Notes under the pieces: generated by a model
What the model saw: only the letters and a program-made list of their open reading frames with translations
What the model was told of the DNA's origin: nothing
Databases searched by the model: none
NCBI GenBank assembly: GCA_020441385.1
Contig: JAGRMG010000243.1
Coordinates: 18,732 to 82,731 of the forward strand
Source: Paracoccaceae bacterium
Lineage (GTDB): Bacteria > Pseudomonadota > Alphaproteobacteria > Rhodobacterales > Rhodobacteraceae
Direction: 5' to 3'
Length of the DNA: 64,000 nt
In this document: positions 1 to 10,530 of the stretch, one piece after another
How the letters are laid out: the number at the start of each line of letters is the position of its first letter
Numbering within the stretch: the stretch's first letter is position 1
Position numbers and translations under genes: made by a program

Positions 1-396
1 GCGCTGGCCGGCAAGCTCGACCATGTCGAGAACGCGACCGTCGCCGTGCGCGAATGGGAAGGCGAGGTGATCTTTCTGCACGAGGTGCGCAAGGGGGCGG
101 CAGACCGTTCCTACGGTGTGCAGGTGGCCCAGCTTGCCGGACTTCCGCCCTCGGTCGTGGCCCGCGCCCGGGTGGTTCTCGAGGCGCTGGAGAAGGGCGA
201 ACGCGAGGGGCGCCCCTCGCCCGCCGCGCTGATCGACGATCTGCCGCTGTTCGCCGTCAAACCCGCAGCACCTCCGGCGCCCCTTGCATCTTCGCCCGCC
301 GACGAAATGCTTGCCGGCATTCATCCCGACGACCTGACCCCGCGCCAGGCGCTTGAGTGGCTCTACAGGCTGAAAGAGGCGGCCGCGCGGCCCTGA
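1..396 (+). CDS. mutS: DNA mismatch repair protein MutS, C-terminal end (5' part lies upstream of the window)
   Basis: Frame 1 is open from base 1 to the stop at 394-396. The tail VIFLHEVRKGAADRSYGVQVAQLAGLPPSVVARARVVLEALE matches the conserved MutS C-terminal segment. Confidence 0.85.
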   Translation, partial: ALAGKLDHVENATVAVREWEGEVIFLHEVRKGAADRSYGVQVAQLAGLPPSVVARARVVLEALEKGEREGRPSPAALIDDLPLFAVKPAAPPAPLASSPADEMLAGIHPDDLTPRQALEWLYRLKEAAARP

Positions 397-424
397 CCGC
401 CCGGCCGCCTCGCAATTTCGCGCT

Positions 425-988
425 TCAGGACGCCGGCATCGACGACACGCCAACCTGTGCCGGGCGCAACAGACGGTCGTGCAGCATGAAGCCTTCGGCC
501 GAGACCTGGATGATCTCGCCCGCGACGGTTCCCGGAAGCGGCGCCTCGAACATGGCCTCGTGTATCTGCGGGTCGAATCTGTCCCCGACTTTCGGCGCGA
601 CCACGCTGACCCCGTGCTTGGCGAACACGTTCAGAAGTTCGCGCATGGTCAGCTCCACGCCCTCGATCAGACCGCCCGCGACCGCGCGCTGGTCCGCGTT
701 TGCCGCGTCCAGCGCGCGTTTCATGTTGTCATAAACCGGCAGCATGTCGCGAACCAGCTTCGACCCGCCATACTGTTCGGCTTCCCGGCGGTCCTTCTGC
801 GACCGCTTGCGCGCGTTCTCGGCATCCGCGAGCGCGCGAAGAAACCGGTCCTTCAACTCGTCGCGTTCGGCCCGCAGCGCATCCAGTTCGGCCGCTTCAG
901 GCTCGATTTCGGCCACATGTTCGGCCTGTTCCTCGGCTTGGGCCGCGTCAATGTCGTCAAGGAATTCGTCTTTTCTGGGTTCTGCCAT
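425..988 (-). CDS. grpE: Nucleotide exchange factor GrpE
   Basis: 187-aa ORF with an acidic N-terminus followed by LRALADAENARKR, VYDNMKRAL and FDPQIHEAM, typical of GrpE. It lies directly downstream of hrcA. Confidence 0.9.
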   Translation of the reverse strand: MAEPRKDEFLDDIDAAQAEEQAEHVAEIEPEAAELDALRAERDELKDRFLRALADAENARKRSQKDRREAEQYGGSKLVRDMLPVYDNMKRALDAANADQRAVAGGLIEGVELTMRELLNVFAKHGVSVVAPKVGDRFDPQIHEAMFEAPLPGTVAGEIIQVSAEGFMLHDRLLRPAQVGVSSMPAS

Positions 989-997
989 CTTTCACCT

Positions 998-2062
998 CTA
1001 ACTCCCATCGGAAAGCAGCTTTCCGACAAGCTGTGCCGTGTAGTCGACGATCGGAACGATGCGTCCGTAATTCAGCCGCGTCGGCCCGATCACGCCGACG
1101 GCACCAATGATCTTTCGGTCAGCGTTCATATATGGGGAAACCACCAGAGAGGAACCCGAAAGTGAGAAAAGTTTGTTCTCGGAGCCGATAAATATGCGCA
1201 CGCCGTCGCCCTCATCGGTCAGTTCCAGGAATTCGGCGATATCGCGCTTGCGCTCCAGGTCGTCGAACAGCGTCCGGATACGCTCGAGCTCGGCCGCCTC
1301 GCGGCCTTCGCCCAGAAGATTCGCCCGCCCGCGCACGATGAGGCGCGCGCTGTCCTCGCCCTCGTCCTCCCAGACCGCAAGGCCGCTTTCGATCATGTCG
1401 CGCGCCAGGCTGTCGATCTCCTGGCGCCGCGCCGAGATCTCTTTCTGGATGACGCCGCGCAGCTCGCCCAGGGTCTTGCCCCCGATCAGCGCGTTCAGGA
1501 AATTCGCCGCCTCGCGCATCGAACTCGGGGTCTGGCCGGGCGGAGGCGTGAACAGGCGGTTTTCGACATGGCCATCGGTGAACACCAGTACCACCAGCGC
1601 CCGGTCATGGCCCAGGGACACGAATTCGATATGCTGAATCGCGGCCTCGTGCTTGGGCGTCAGAACCAGCGATGCGCCGTGGGTGACGCCCGAAAGCGCC
1701 GATCCGACGCGGTCCAGCAGGCTGCCCACGTCATGCGTCTTGCTGGTCAGGGTGGCGTCTATCTTCTCGCGGTCCGCCGGGGTCAGGTCGCTCACCTCTA
1801 GAAGGCCGTCGACGAACATCCGCAGGCCCAGTTGCGTCGGGATCCGTCCGGCGCTGACATGGGGGCTGTCGAGCAGGCCGAGAAACTCGAGATCCTGCAT
1901 GACGTTGCGGATGGTCGCCGCGCTGACCTTTTCGTTCATCGTCCGGGTCAGCGTGCGGCTTCCCACGGGATCGCCGCTTTCGAGATAGGACTCCACCACC
2001 AGCCGGAACACCTCGCGGGACCGGTCGTTGAGTTCCTCAAGAATTTTCGTCGTTTCGGTCAT
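998..2062 (-). CDS. hrcA: Heat-inducible transcription repressor HrcA
   Basis: The track ORF is 998-2098. I start at the internal ATG 2062 (MTETTKILEELNDRSREVF...) because a sigma70-like promoter at 2100-2128 would place the transcription start downstream of 2098. The N-terminal winged helix plus the GVIGPTRLNYGRIVP tail is HrcA-like. Confidence 0.88.
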   Translation of the reverse strand: MTETTKILEELNDRSREVFRLVVESYLESGDPVGSRTLTRTMNEKVSAATIRNVMQDLEFLGLLDSPHVSAGRIPTQLGLRMFVDGLLEVSDLTPADREKIDATLTSKTHDVGSLLDRVGSALSGVTHGASLVLTPKHEAAIQHIEFVSLGHDRALVVLVFTDGHVENRLFTPPPGQTPSSMREAANFLNALIGGKTLGELRGVIQKEISARRQEIDSLARDMIESGLAVWEDEGEDSARLIVRGRANLLGEGREAAELERIRTLFDDLERKRDIAEFLELTDEGDGVRIFIGSENKLFSLSGSSLVVSPYMNADRKIIGAVGVIGPTRLNYGRIVPIVDYTAQLVGKLLSDGS

Positions 2063-2099
2063 GTCATGCCACCCGGCTGGACCGTCGTCAGAGACCAAG

Positions 2100-2128
2100 C
2101 ATTAAAGACCAAGGACATCCGAGGTCAA
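2100..2128 (-). promoter_or_regulatory. Putative sigma70-type promoter of hrcA-grpE (TTGACC-N17-TTAATG on the minus strand)
   Basis: Reverse complement of 2100-2128 reads TTGACC tcggatgtccttggtct TTAATG. No CIRCE inverted repeat is seen here. Confidence 0.35.
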
Positions 2129-2189
2129 TCGGGGTTGCGCAGCCGCCCCGCCGGGCTGTATCTCCACCCCGTCCAACAAAGGAATTCCC

Positions 2190-2903
2190 ATGCGCCCCTC
2201 TGGTCGAGACTTAAGCGAAATGCGTCCGATTTCAATCGAGACCGGCTTTACCAAACACGCCGAAGGATCCTGCCTGATCAGGGTGGGCGACACCCACGTC
2301 CTGTGCACCGCCACCATCGAGGACCGGGTGCCGCCCTTCATCAAGGGTTCGGGCCTGGGCTGGGTCACGGCCGAATACGGCATGCTTCCGCGCGCCACCA
2401 ACACGCGGATGCGGCGCGAGGCATCCGCCGGGAAACAGGGCGGGCGTACCGTCGAGATCCAGCGCCTGATCGGGCGCGCACTGCGCGCGGGCGTGGACCG
2501 GGTGGCGCTGGGCGAACGCCAGATCACCGTGGATTGCGATGTGCTCCAGGCCGATGGCGGCACGCGCTGCGCGGCGATCACCGGCGGTTGGGTGGCGCTG
2601 CGCCTTGCGGTCAACCGGCTGATGAAAACCGGAGAAGTCCTGAGCGATCCGCTGGTCGATCCGGTCGCCGCCGTATCCTGCGGCATCTATGCCGGCCAGC
2701 CGGTGCTGGATCTCGACTATCCCGAAGACAGCGAAGCGGGCGTCGACGGCAATTTCATCATGACCGGTTCGGGAAGCCTGATCGAGGTGCAGATGTCGGC
2801 CGAAGGGTCGGTGTTTTCGCGCGATCAGATGAATCAGCTTCTCGACCTGGCCTGGAAGGGCGTGAACGAGCTGACCGCCGCGCAGAAAGCCGCCACCGCA
2901 TGA
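2190..2903 (+). CDS. rph: Ribonuclease PH
   Basis: 237 aa. MRPSGR...[17 protein letters not shown]...[17 protein letters not shown]...[15 protein letters not shown] is near-consensus RNase PH. Confidence 0.95.
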   Translation: MRPSGRDLSEMRPISIETGFTKHAEGSCLIRVGDTHVLCTATIEDRVPPFIKGSGLGWVTAEYGMLPRATNTRMRREASAGKQGGRTVEIQRLIGRALRAGVDRVALGERQITVDCDVLQADGGTRCAAITGGWVALRLAVNRLMKTGEVLSDPLVDPVAAVSCGIYAGQPVLDLDYPEDSEAGVDGNFIMTGSGSLIEVQMSAEGSVFSRDQMNQLLDLAWKGVNELTAAQKAATA

Positions 2904-3511
2904 GTCGCAGGTTTTCCGGCAGCCGGCTGCTGATCGCCACCCACAACGCGGGCAAGCTGGAAGAAATGGCGCAGCTTCTGAAACCTCATGGTGTCACCGT
3001 CGCGGGAGCGGCGGAAATGAACCTGCCCGAACCCGAAGAGACCGAGGAAACCTTTGTCGGCAACGCGCGCATCAAGGCACACGCCGCCGCCCGTGCCACC
3101 GGCCTGCCGGCGCTGTCGGACGATTCCGGGCTCGAGATCGACGCGCTGGGCGGCGCGCCCGGCGTGCACACCGCGGACTGGGCGCAAACGCCCGATGGCC
3201 GCGATTTCACCGTGGCGATGCAGCGCGCCCAACGCGAGATGGAGGCATTGCGCGCGCCGTATCCGCGCAAGGCCCGGTTTCGCTGCACCCTGGTCCTCGC
3301 CTGGCCCGACGGCCATGACGAGGTGTTCGAGGGGGCGGTGCCGGGCCGCATGACCTGGCCGATGCGGGGCCGTCAGGGTCATGGCTACGATCCGGTGTTC
3401 ATGCCGGACGGTTTCGACATCACCTTCGCGGAAATGGACCCCGCGGAGAAGAATCGCATCAGCCATCGTGCGCGGGCGATGCAGCAATTCGTGGCCGCCT
3501 GCTTTGGCTGA
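2900..3511 (+). CDS. rdgB: dITP/XTP pyrophosphatase RdgB (HAM1 family)
   Basis: The ATG at 2900 overlaps the rph stop (ATGA). [14 protein letters not shown]...[19 protein letters not shown]...GHGYDPVF...NRISHRARA is RdgB-like. The long track ORF 1832-3511 is only an N-terminal over-extension. Confidence 0.9.
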   Translation: MSRRFSGSRLLIATHNAGKLEEMAQLLKPHGVTVAGAAEMNLPEPEETEETFVGNARIKAHAAARATGLPALSDDSGLEIDALGGAPGVHTADWAQTPDGRDFTVAMQRAQREMEALRAPYPRKARFRCTLVLAWPDGHDEVFEGAVPGRMTWPMRGRQGHGYDPVFMPDGFDITFAEMDPAEKNRISHRARAMQQFVAACFG

Positions 3512-4661
3512 CGACCGGCCCGTCGGCGGCTTTGGCCTTTATGTCCATTGGCCGTTCTGCCAGGCGAAATGCCCCTATTGCGATTTCAACAGCCATGTCG
3601 CCCGGGAAATCGACCAGACCGCCTGGGCCCGAGCCTATCTGAGCGAGATCGACCGCGTCGCGGCCGAACTGCCCGGGCGGATATTGAGTACCATCTATTT
3701 CGGCGGCGGCACGCCTTCGCTGATGCCCCCCGATACCGTCGCCGCGATCATCGAGCGCGCCCGGCAGCACTGGCCCGCCTCGAACGACATGGAAGTGACG
3801 ATCGAGGCAAATCCGGGTTCGGTCGAGGCCGGCCGCCTTGCCGGCTATCGCGATGGCGGGGTGAACCGCGTATCCATGGGCATCCAGGCGCTGAACGATA
3901 CCGATCTTCGCCGGCTGGGCCGCATTCATACGGTCGCCGAGGCGCACAGGGCGCTGGACATCGCGCGCAACACCTTCGCGCGCGTCAGCTTTGACCTGAT
4001 TTACGCGCGTCAGGATCAGACGCTGCGCCAGTGGCGTAACGAGTTGACCCAGGCCCTGTCAATGGCGGTCGATCACCTGTCGCTGTATCAACTGACGATC
4101 GAGGCCGGCACCGCCTTTGGCGCGCGCCATGAGGCAGGCAAGCTGCGCGGTCTGCCCGGCGAGGACCTGGCAGCCGACATGTTCGACGCCACGCAGGAGA
4201 TCTGCGAGGCGTCCGGGTTTGCGGCCTATGAAGTGTCGAACCACGCGGCAAGCGGTGCCGAATCCCGGCACAACCTGATCTACTGGCGTTGTGGCGACTA
4301 TGTCGGCATCGGCCCCGGCGCGCACGGGCGGATCACCGTGGGCGGGCGGCGCCTTGCGACGGAATCACCGCTTGCGCCCGGGCGATGGCTGCACCATGTC
4401 GGCAGGGGATCGGGCGAAACCGTGCGCACCGAACTGACGGGTCGCGAACAGGCCGAGGAACATGTGATGATGGGTTTGCGCATCCGCGAAGGTCTGGACA
4501 TGGCCCGCTTTGCGGCGCTGAACGGCGCGCCCTTCGGCTCCGACCGGGTCGGGCGGCTGGCCGAACTTGGAATGATCGAGGTTGCAGACGGTCGTCTGGC
4601 CGCCACCAGACGCGGCCGCACGGTCCTGAACGCGGTCATCCGCGATCTACTGGCGGATTGA
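3504..4661 (+). CDS. hemW: Radical SAM heme chaperone HemW (HemN-like, coproporphyrinogen III oxidase-like)
   Basis: Has the CxxxCxxC radical-SAM motif (FGLYVHWPFCQAKCPYCDFNS) and a HemN C-terminal region. The start is uncertain; I chose in-frame TTG 3504, which overlaps the rdgB stop by 8 nt. The track ATG 3381 would overlap rdgB by 131 nt. Confidence 0.8.
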   Translation: MADDRPVGGFGLYVHWPFCQAKCPYCDFNSHVAREIDQTAWARAYLSEIDRVAAELPGRILSTIYFGGGTPSLMPPDTVAAIIERARQHWPASNDMEVTIEANPGSVEAGRLAGYRDGGVNRVSMGIQALNDTDLRRLGRIHTVAEAHRALDIARNTFARVSFDLIYARQDQTLRQWRNELTQALSMAVDHLSLYQLTIEAGTAFGARHEAGKLRGLPGEDLAADMFDATQEICEASGFAAYEVSNHAASGAESRHNLIYWRCGDYVGIGPGAHGRITVGGRRLATESPLAPGRWLHHVGRGSGETVRTELTGREQAEEHVMMGLRIREGLDMARFAALNGAPFGSDRVGRLAELGMIEVADGRLAATRRGRTVLNAVIRDLLAD

Positions 4662-4664
4662 GCG

Positions 4665-5018
4665 ATGAAGTTCGTCTGGGCAGGGCTGGGGTTGATTTGC
4701 GTCGGTCTGGCGGTGATCGGCGCGTTCCTGCCGCTGCTGCCGACGGTCCCGTTCCTGCTGGTGGCATCGTTCTTCTTCGCGCGGTCCTCGGAACGGCTGC
4801 ACCACTGGATCCTGTCGCACCGCACCTTCGGCCCGGTCATCGAGGACTGGAACCGTTCCGGCGCCATTCGGCCGCTCGCCAAACGGCTGGCGACGGTTTC
4901 GATCATTGCGGTATTCGCCTTGACCCTGATCCTTGGGGTTTCAAAGATAATCGTTATAATTCAAGCACTTGTATTATCTGCGGTGCTGGTGTTCATCTGG
5001 TCGCGCCCTAACGGCTAA
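4665..5018 (+). CDS. YbaN/DUF454 family inner-membrane protein
   Basis: 117 aa with hydrophobic helices. The LPLLPTVPFLLVASFFFARSSERLHHWIL..FGP motif is typical of DUF454. Confidence 0.75.
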   Translation: MKFVWAGLGLICVGLAVIGAFLPLLPTVPFLLVASFFFARSSERLHHWILSHRTFGPVIEDWNRSGAIRPLAKRLATVSIIAVFALTLILGVSKIIVIIQALVLSAVLVFIWSRPNG

Positions 5019-5919
5019 GACGCGCGCACAGATCGTCAAGCTGATCGAGGCTGTCATAGCTGACGATCAGCCGCCCGGCCTCGCCCTCGGCCTTGTGCTC
5101 GATCGTCACGCGCATCCCGAGCGCGGCCGAAAGATCGCCCTCGAGCGCGCGGGTATCGGCATCCTTCTGCGCGTCTTTCGGCCGCGCCTGGCGCCGCGGC
5201 GCATCCTCGCCATGCTGCTGTTTCTTGACCAGCGCCTCGGTCGCGCGCACCGACAGCCCGCCGCGCACGACCTTCTGCGCCAGTTCCGAGGGGTTCTCGC
5301 AGGTGATCAGCGCCCGCGCGTGACCCGCCGACAGGCTGCCATCCTGGATCATGGCGCGCACGTCGTCGGGAAGGTTCAGCAGCCGCAGCAAATTGGCGAT
5401 ATGGCTGCGGCTCTTGCCCAGCGCCTGGCTCAGCTTTTCCTGCGTGTGGCCGAACCGGTCCATAAGCTGGCGGTATCCGATCGCCTCTTCCACCGCGTTC
5501 AGGTCGGCGCGCTGAATGTTCTCGATGATGGCGATCTCGAGAACTTCGGTATCGTCCAGGTCGCGCACCAGAACCGGCAACTGATGCAGCTGCGCCATCT
5601 GCGCCGCGCGCCAGCGCCGCTCTCCGGCGACGATCTGGAACATGCCGTTCCCGGCGGGGCGGACGATCAGGGGTTGAAGCACCCCCTTTTCCCGGATCGA
5701 GGCCGCCAGATCCTCAAGATCGCCCTGCCCGAAGCTGCGGCGCGGCTGATCTGGGTTGGCGGTCAGCTTTTCGATCGGCACCTGCAAGTCGGGGCGGCGT
5801 TCACCCGCGGCAGAATCCTGCTCCGGGCGCACATCCGCCATCAGCGCCGACAGCCCCCGCCCCAGCCCGCGCGGTTTCGGCTTTTTCTCGGTCATGGCGT
5901 TCTCCTCCGGCCCGGTCAT
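5008..5919 (-). CDS. parB: Chromosome partitioning protein ParB
   Basis: 303 aa. Has GLGRGLSALM, the ParB box LQPLIVRP...FQIVAGERRWRAAQ and an HTH region. Its start overlaps the parA stop. Confidence 0.92.
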   Translation of the reverse strand: MTGPEENAMTEKKPKPRGLGRGLSALMADVRPEQDSAAGERRPDLQVPIEKLTANPDQPRRSFGQGDLEDLAASIREKGVLQPLIVRPAGNGMFQIVAGERRWRAAQMAQLHQLPVLVRDLDDTEVLEIAIIENIQRADLNAVEEAIGYRQLMDRFGHTQEKLSQALGKSRSHIANLLRLLNLPDDVRAMIQDGSLSAGHARALITCENPSELAQKVVRGGLSVRATEALVKKQQHGEDAPRRQARPKDAQKDADTRALEGDLSAALGMRVTIEHKAEGEAGRLIVSYDSLDQLDDLCARLSR

Positions 5920-6725
5920 GCGGCGATCCTCTTGTGTTTGCGCGCAAGCTCCCGCGCGAGTTGGCGATAGGCCACGGCCCCCTGGGACTGCGCATCATAG
6001 CTCAGCACCGGCATGGCATAGGATGGCGCCTCGCTGACACGCACATTGCGCGGGATCACCGTTTGAAACACCAGATCGCCAAGGTTGTCGCGTGCGTCCT
6101 GTTCGACCTGGCGCGACAGGTTGTTGCGCCGGTCATACATCGTCAGCACCACGCCCTCGATGCGCAGCTCGGGGTTCGCGCTCTGGCGTATCTCGCGAAT
6201 CGTCAGCATCAGCTGCGACAGCCCTTCAAGCGCGAAGAACTCGCTTTGCAGCGGCACCAGAACCGAATGCGCGGCCACCATGGCGTTGACGGTAAGCAGG
6301 CTCAGCGAAGGCGGGCAGTCGATCATGATATAATCGAACCCGAACCTGTCCATCGCCGTCTGGCGCAGGGCGTCGTGCAACAGGAAACTTCTTTTCTCGT
6401 TCGAAAACAGCTCGATATCCGCTGAACTCAGATCGACCGTCGCCGGAATGATGGAGAGCCCGGCAAAGCCGGTGTCGCGGATCACATCGGCCAGCGGCGC
6501 GTCGTCCACCAGCAGATCGTAGGTCGTGAGGTCGCGATTGGCAGCGTCGATCCCCAGCCCGGTCGAGGCGTTGCCCTGCGGGTCCAGATCGACGATCAGC
6601 ACCTTCTGCCCGCTTTCCGCCAGCGCGGAGGCGAGGTTGATCGCCGTCGTGGTCTTGCCCACGCCGCCCTTCTGGTTGGCCACCGCGATGATTTTCGGCC
6701 CCTTGGGGCGGGACAGGTCAGGCAC
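5916..6725 (-). CDS. parA: Chromosome partitioning ATPase ParA/Soj
   Basis: 269 aa with the deviant Walker A IAVANQKGGVGKTTTAINL and ParA-like VLIVDLDPQGNAS. Confidence 0.92.
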   Translation of the reverse strand: MPDLSRPKGPKIIAVANQKGGVGKTTTAINLASALAESGQKVLIVDLDPQGNASTGLGIDAANRDLTTYDLLVDDAPLADVIRDTGFAGLSIIPATVDLSSADIELFSNEKRSFLLHDALRQTAMDRFGFDYIMIDCPPSLSLLTVNAMVAAHSVLVPLQSEFFALEGLSQLMLTIREIRQSANPELRIEGVVLTMYDRRNNLSRQVEQDARDNLGDLVFQTVIPRNVRVSEAPSYAMPVLSYDAQSQGAVAYRQLARELARKHKRIAA

Positions 6726-7338
6726 GCGACACTCCGTGGATTTTCAGTATGACGGCATCGGCGTCGGTTCGACTTGTAATCGGTTCCACATCGAAACGCC
6801 ATTGCCGCCGCGCGGCGGACAGTTCTTTTTCCCAGGTGACGCCTTTGGGAAACAGCGCCGTTCCCCCCGGCTTCAGATGCTGGTGAACAAAGCCCAGCAA
6901 CGTGCTCAGATCCGCAAGCGCCCGGGCCGATACCGTATCCGCGCCCTGTGGCGGCGCGCTCTCGATCCGTGCGGGAAGCACCGCGCAGGCAGCGCCGGTT
7001 TCCCGCGCCGCGGCGCGCAGGAAGGCCGCCTTTCTCTGGTCGCTCTCGATCATCGTCACATTGAGGTCGTGGCGCTCGCTTGCCGCCAGGATCGCCACGA
7101 CAAGCCCGGGAAAGCCCCCTCCGCTTCCCAGATCAACCCAATGGCCCTGCGGCGTGCCCAGGCGGAACACCTGCACGGAATCGGCGACATGGCGGCGCCA
7201 GAAGTCATCGAGGCTGGCCCGCGAGACCAGATTGATGCGGCGATTCCACTTCTGCAACACGCGTTCAAACAGCCGGAACCGGTCGAGTGTTTCACGTGAA
7301 ACATCCATCCCGCGCAATGCGTCGTCTTGCGCATTCAT
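6718..7338 (-). CDS. rsmG: 16S rRNA (guanine527-N7)-methyltransferase RsmG (GidB)
   Basis: 206 aa with the [10 protein letters not shown]-terminal motif and the SAM motif [10 protein letters not shown]. Overlaps the mnmG stop and the parA start. Confidence 0.9.
   Translation of the reverse strand: MNAQDDALRGMDVSRETLDRFRLFERVLQKWNRRINLVSRASLDDFWRRHVADSVQVFRLGTPQGHWVDLGSGGGFPGLVVAILAASERHDLNVTMIESDQRKAAFLRAAARETGAACAVLPARIESAPPQGADTVSARALADLSTLLGFVHQHLKPGGTALFPKGVTWEKELSAARRQWRFDVEPITSRTDADAVILKIHGVSRA
7288..7303. other. parS: parS centromere site (perfect 16-bp palindrome TGTTTCACGTGAAACA) inside rsmG
   Basis: Exact match to the canonical ParB-binding consensus. Read on the minus strand it encodes V-S-R-E-T of RsmG. 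An identical copy lies at 9196-9211. Confidence 0.85.
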
Positions 7339-9212
7339 GCCCGTCGCGCCCGCTCGCCCCGCCGAAGGCGCGACAGGATCAGCGCCAGGGCGGCCGGAGT
7401 CATTCCATCCACCCGCGATGCCTGGGCCAGATTCCCGGGCTGCGCATGCGAAAGCTTCTGCTTCAACTCGTTCGAGAGCCCTTCGATAGCGCGATAATCG
7501 AAATCCGCGGGGATACGATGGCCCTCGTCGCGCTTCAGCGCGGTGATATCCTGCTTTTGCCGCGCAATATAATGTGCATACAGCGCATCGCGTTCGGTTT
7601 GCCGCCGGATTTCGCCATCGATCTGGTCCAGATCGGCATCCAGTGCAACGAGATCCTCGAACACGACATCCGGAAAGGCCAGCAGATCCATGCCCGATCG
7701 TCTGCTGCCGTCCTGATTGATGCGAATCCCCGCCTGCGCCACCTGCTTTGGCGTGAACTGCGCGGCGGTCAGTCGGGACCGTGCGCGCTCAAGCCGCTCC
7801 ATCTTGTCCAGAAAGACGCGCTTGCGATCCTCTGTCACGCAACCCGTTTTGATGCCGATGGGGGTAAGCCGCTGATCCGCGTTGTCCGCCCGCAGCGACA
7901 GGCGGAACTCGGCGCGCGAGGTGAACATCCGGTACGGCTCGGCAACGCCGCGGGTCGTCAGATCGTCGATCATGACGCCGATATAGCTGTTGGCACGGCT
8001 GAAATGCAGCGGTTCGCGCCCTTTCACGGCCAGCGCCGCGTTCAGCCCCGCGGCCAGCCCCTGTGCCGCCGCCTCTTCATAGCCGGTGGTCCCGTTGATC
8101 TGGCCGGCCAGGTACAGACCGGGCACATCCCGCACTGCCAGTTCCGAGGTGAGGGCGCGCGGATCGACGTAATCGTACTCGATCGCATATCCAGGCTGAA
8201 GGATCGCCGCGCGTTCCAGCCCGTTTATGGAATGCACATAGTCTTCCTGCACATCCACGGGGAGCGATGTCGAAATGCCGTTCGGATAGACCGTGTGAGT
8301 TTCCGCACCTTCGGGTTCCAGGAAAATCTGGTGCGAGGACTTCTCCGCAAACCGCACGATCTTGTCCTCGATCGACGGGCAATAGCGCGGGCCGACACCG
8401 TCGATATGGCCGCCATACATGGCCGACCGCGACAGGTTGCGCTGGATGATCTCATGCGTTCGCGGGTTGGTGTGGGTGATGCCGCACGCGATCTGCGGCG
8501 CCTCGACCCCCCGCGACAGAAAGGAAAACATGACCGGATCATCGTCGCCCGGCTGCATTTCCAGCCCGTCCCAATTGATCGTGCGCCCGTCGAGGCGCGG
8601 CGGCGTGCCGGTCTTGAGCCGCCCCAGCGGCAGGCCGAACTCGTCGATACGGTCGGCCAGCCTGACCGACGGGCGATCGCCCATGCGCCCGCCCGCCCGC
8701 GACGTGTCGCCGATATGGATGACACCGCGAAGGAAGGTGCCCGAGGTCAGAACAACCGCCTGCGCGGCAATCCCGGAACCATCGGCCAGGACCACACCGG
8801 CCACCGCGCCATTGCGCATCAGGAAATCGACCGCTTCGCCTTCGATTATCTCAAGACCGTCGCGCGCGTCGGTCCGGGCCAGCATCGCGGCGCGATACAG
8901 CGCCCTGTCCGCCTGCGCCCGCGGCCCCTGCACCGCCGGCCCCTTGCGGCGGTTCAGCAGCCGGAACTGGATTCCGGCGCGGTCCGCCACACGGCCCATG
9001 ACCCCGTCCATCGCGTCGATCTCGCGCACCAGGTGGCCCTTGCCCAGCCCGCCGATGGCGGGATTGCACGACATCACGCCAATATCCGCTCGGCGCAAGG
9101 TGACAAGCGCGACGCGCGTGCCCATCCGGGCCGCGGCGTGGGCGGCCTCGGTTCCGGCATGACCGCCCCCGATCACCACAATATCGAACGCCGAATGTTT
9201 CACGTGAAACAC
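7335..9212 (-). CDS. mnmG: tRNA uridine 5-carboxymethylaminomethyl modification enzyme MnmG (GidA)
   Basis: 625 aa with the FAD motif [15 protein letters not shown] and conserved [12 protein letters not shown]. The start codon is GTG at 9212, inside the parS palindrome. Confidence 0.95.
   Translation of the reverse strand: MFHVKHSAFDIVVIGGGHAGTEAAHAAARMGTRVALVTLRRADIGVMSCNPAIGGLGKGHLVREIDAMDGVMGRVADRAGIQFRLLNRRKGPAVQGPRAQADRALYRAAMLARTDARDGLEIIEGEAVDFLMRNGAVAGVVLADGSGIAAQAVVLTSGTFLRGVIHIGDTSRAGGRMGDRPSVRLADRIDEFGLPLGRLKTGTPPRLDGRTINWDGLEMQPGDDDPVMFSFLSRGVEAPQIACGITHTNPRTHEIIQRNLSRSAMYGGHIDGVGPRYCPSIEDKIVRFAEKSSHQIFLEPEGAETHTVYPNGISTSLPVDVQEDYVHSINGLERAAILQPGYAIEYDYVDPRALTSELAVRDVPGLYLAGQINGTTGYEEAAAQGLAAGLNAALAVKGREPLHFSRANSYIGVMIDDLTTRGVAEPYRMFTSRAEFRLSLRADNADQRLTPIGIKTGCVTEDRKRVFLDKMERLERARSRLTAAQFTPKQVAQAGIRINQDGSRRSGMDLLAFPDVVFEDLVALDADLDQIDGEIRRQTERDALYAHYIARQKQDITALKRDEGHRIPADFDYRAIEGLSNELKQKLSHAQPGNLAQASRVDGMTPAALALILSRLRRGERARRA
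9196..9211. other. parS: parS centromere site (perfect 16-bp palindrome TGTTTCACGTGAAACA) at the 5' end of mnmG
   Basis: Identical 16-mer to 7288-7303. The two 18-mers including flanks are exact reverse complements. It covers mnmG codons 1-6 ((GTG)FHVKH). Confidence 0.85.
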
Positions 9213-9215
9213 CTT

Positions 9216-10502
9216 TCACTTGCCCAGGCAGAAACTGGCGAAGATCTCGTCCAGCAGAGTTTCCACATCTATACGTCCGACCAGCGATTCAAGGGCGCGA
9301 ATCGCGCTGCGCACCTCTTCCGCCGCGATATCATACCGGTCCGGGCCCAGTTCGAGCAGCCGGCACGCCGCGTCCAGCGCATTCGCCGCGCGATCCATCG
9401 CCGCGCGATGCCGTTCCCGCGTAGCGATCCCGGCGCCGGCCGACCTGGCCGACAGTGTCCTGGAAATCTCGTTCACCAAAGCGTCGATTCCCTGGCCGGT
9501 CAACCCGGATACGGCCCCTTGCGGATCGGTACGACGATCGGCCTTCGGCAGAACCCGGATATCGCCCTCACATATCGCAACATCCAGTGATTCGCCCTCT
9601 TCCGCCAGAAAGACGCGCAGATCCGCGGCCTCGGCGCGTTCCCTCGCGAGGGCGACGCCGATGCCTTCGACAACGTCGCTGGTGTCGCGCAGCCCGGCCG
9701 TATCCAGAAGCGTCACCGGCAGACCGGCAAGATCCATGCGCACCTCGATCACGTCGCGCGTGGTTCCCGCGAATTCCGAGGTGATCGCGGCCTTGCGCCC
9801 CGCCAGCGCGTTCAGAAGCGTGGATTTCCCCACATTGGGCGCACCGACGATGGCAACCTCGAACCCGCTGCGAATGCGTTCGGCGATATTCACGCCGGCC
9901 AGTTCGGCGCGCAGATCCGATGACACCGATTGCAGAAGGGCGCGCACTTCGGGCGTGACATCGCCCGGGACGTCCTCGTCGGCAAAGTCGATTACTGCCT
10001 CGATCAGCGATGCCGCCCGGATCAGATCACGCCGCCAGCTCTCGGCCAAGTCTCCCAGACGGCCCGAAAGAAGCGTCTGTGCCTGTCGCCGCTGCGCCTC
10101 GGTCTCCGCGTCGATCAGATCGGCCAGGCCCTCGACCTGGGCCAGATCCAGCCGCCCGTTCTCAAGCGCGCGGCGCGTGAACTCGCCCGGGTCGGCCAGA
10201 CGAAGCCCGTCGATTCCCGACAGAACCCCGAGAATGTTCGCCACCACCGCGGCGCTGCCATGAACCTGAAGTTCGGCCACGTCTTCGCCGGTGAAACTGG
10301 CCGGACCGGCAAAGGTCAGGATCACGGCGTCGTCCAGAACGTCGCCGGAGCGATCACGCAACGTGCGCGCCGCCATGCCGCGCGGGACGAGGCCCGGGCC
10401 GGCCAACTGCTCTGCCACGGCGTGCGCCCTCGGCCCCGACAGCCGGATAACCGCGACCCCGGCCCTGCCCTGCGCGGTGGCCAAAGCGAAAATCGTGTCC
10501 AT
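9216..10502 (-). CDS. mnmE: tRNA modification GTPase MnmE (TrmE)
   Basis: 428 aa. [24 protein letters not shown]-terminus, G-domain [14 protein letters not shown]...DTAG, and C-terminal CLGK. Confidence 0.95.
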   Translation of the reverse strand: MDTIFALATAQGRAGVAVIRLSGPRAHAVAEQLAGPGLVPRGMAARTLRDRSGDVLDDAVILTFAGPASFTGEDVAELQVHGSAAVVANILGVLSGIDGLRLADPGEFTRRALENGRLDLAQVEGLADLIDAETEAQRRQAQTLLSGRLGDLAESWRRDLIRAASLIEAVIDFADEDVPGDVTPEVRALLQSVSSDLRAELAGVNIAERIRSGFEVAIVGAPNVGKSTLLNALAGRKAAITSEFAGTTRDVIEVRMDLAGLPVTLLDTAGLRDTSDVVEGIGVALARERAEAADLRVFLAEEGESLDVAICEGDIRVLPKADRRTDPQGAVSGLTGQGIDALVNEISRTLSARSAGAGIATRERHRAAMDRAANALDAACRLLELGPDRYDIAAEEVRSAIRALESLVGRIDVETLLDEIFASFCLGK

Positions 10503-10530
10503 GGGTTGGCTCCGAAAGGAGAGGCCAGGC

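Noticed and set aside
2063-2189. CIRCE operator (TTAGCACTC-N9-GAGTGCTAA) expected near hrcA
   Set aside because: No matching inverted repeat is present upstream of hrcA. Only a sigma70-like promoter was seen. From memory, CIRCE in alphaproteobacteria is usually at groESL, which is not in this window.
7287-9590. 767-aa plus-strand ORF antisense to mnmG/mnmE. Similar long antisense ORFs lie at 10291-12012, 25814-27997, 29584-32013, 33482-35647, 33660-35627, 35651-37150, 40193-41728, 41544-43391, 43640-44854, 59646-61700 and 61899-63794
   Set aside because: All lie opposite strongly supported genes (mnmG, rho, addA, addB, PAS/regB, argG, REC-PP2C, hslO, nusA, infB). All have Arg/Pro/Gly-rich compositions without motifs, which is the classic high-GC shadow-ORF pattern.
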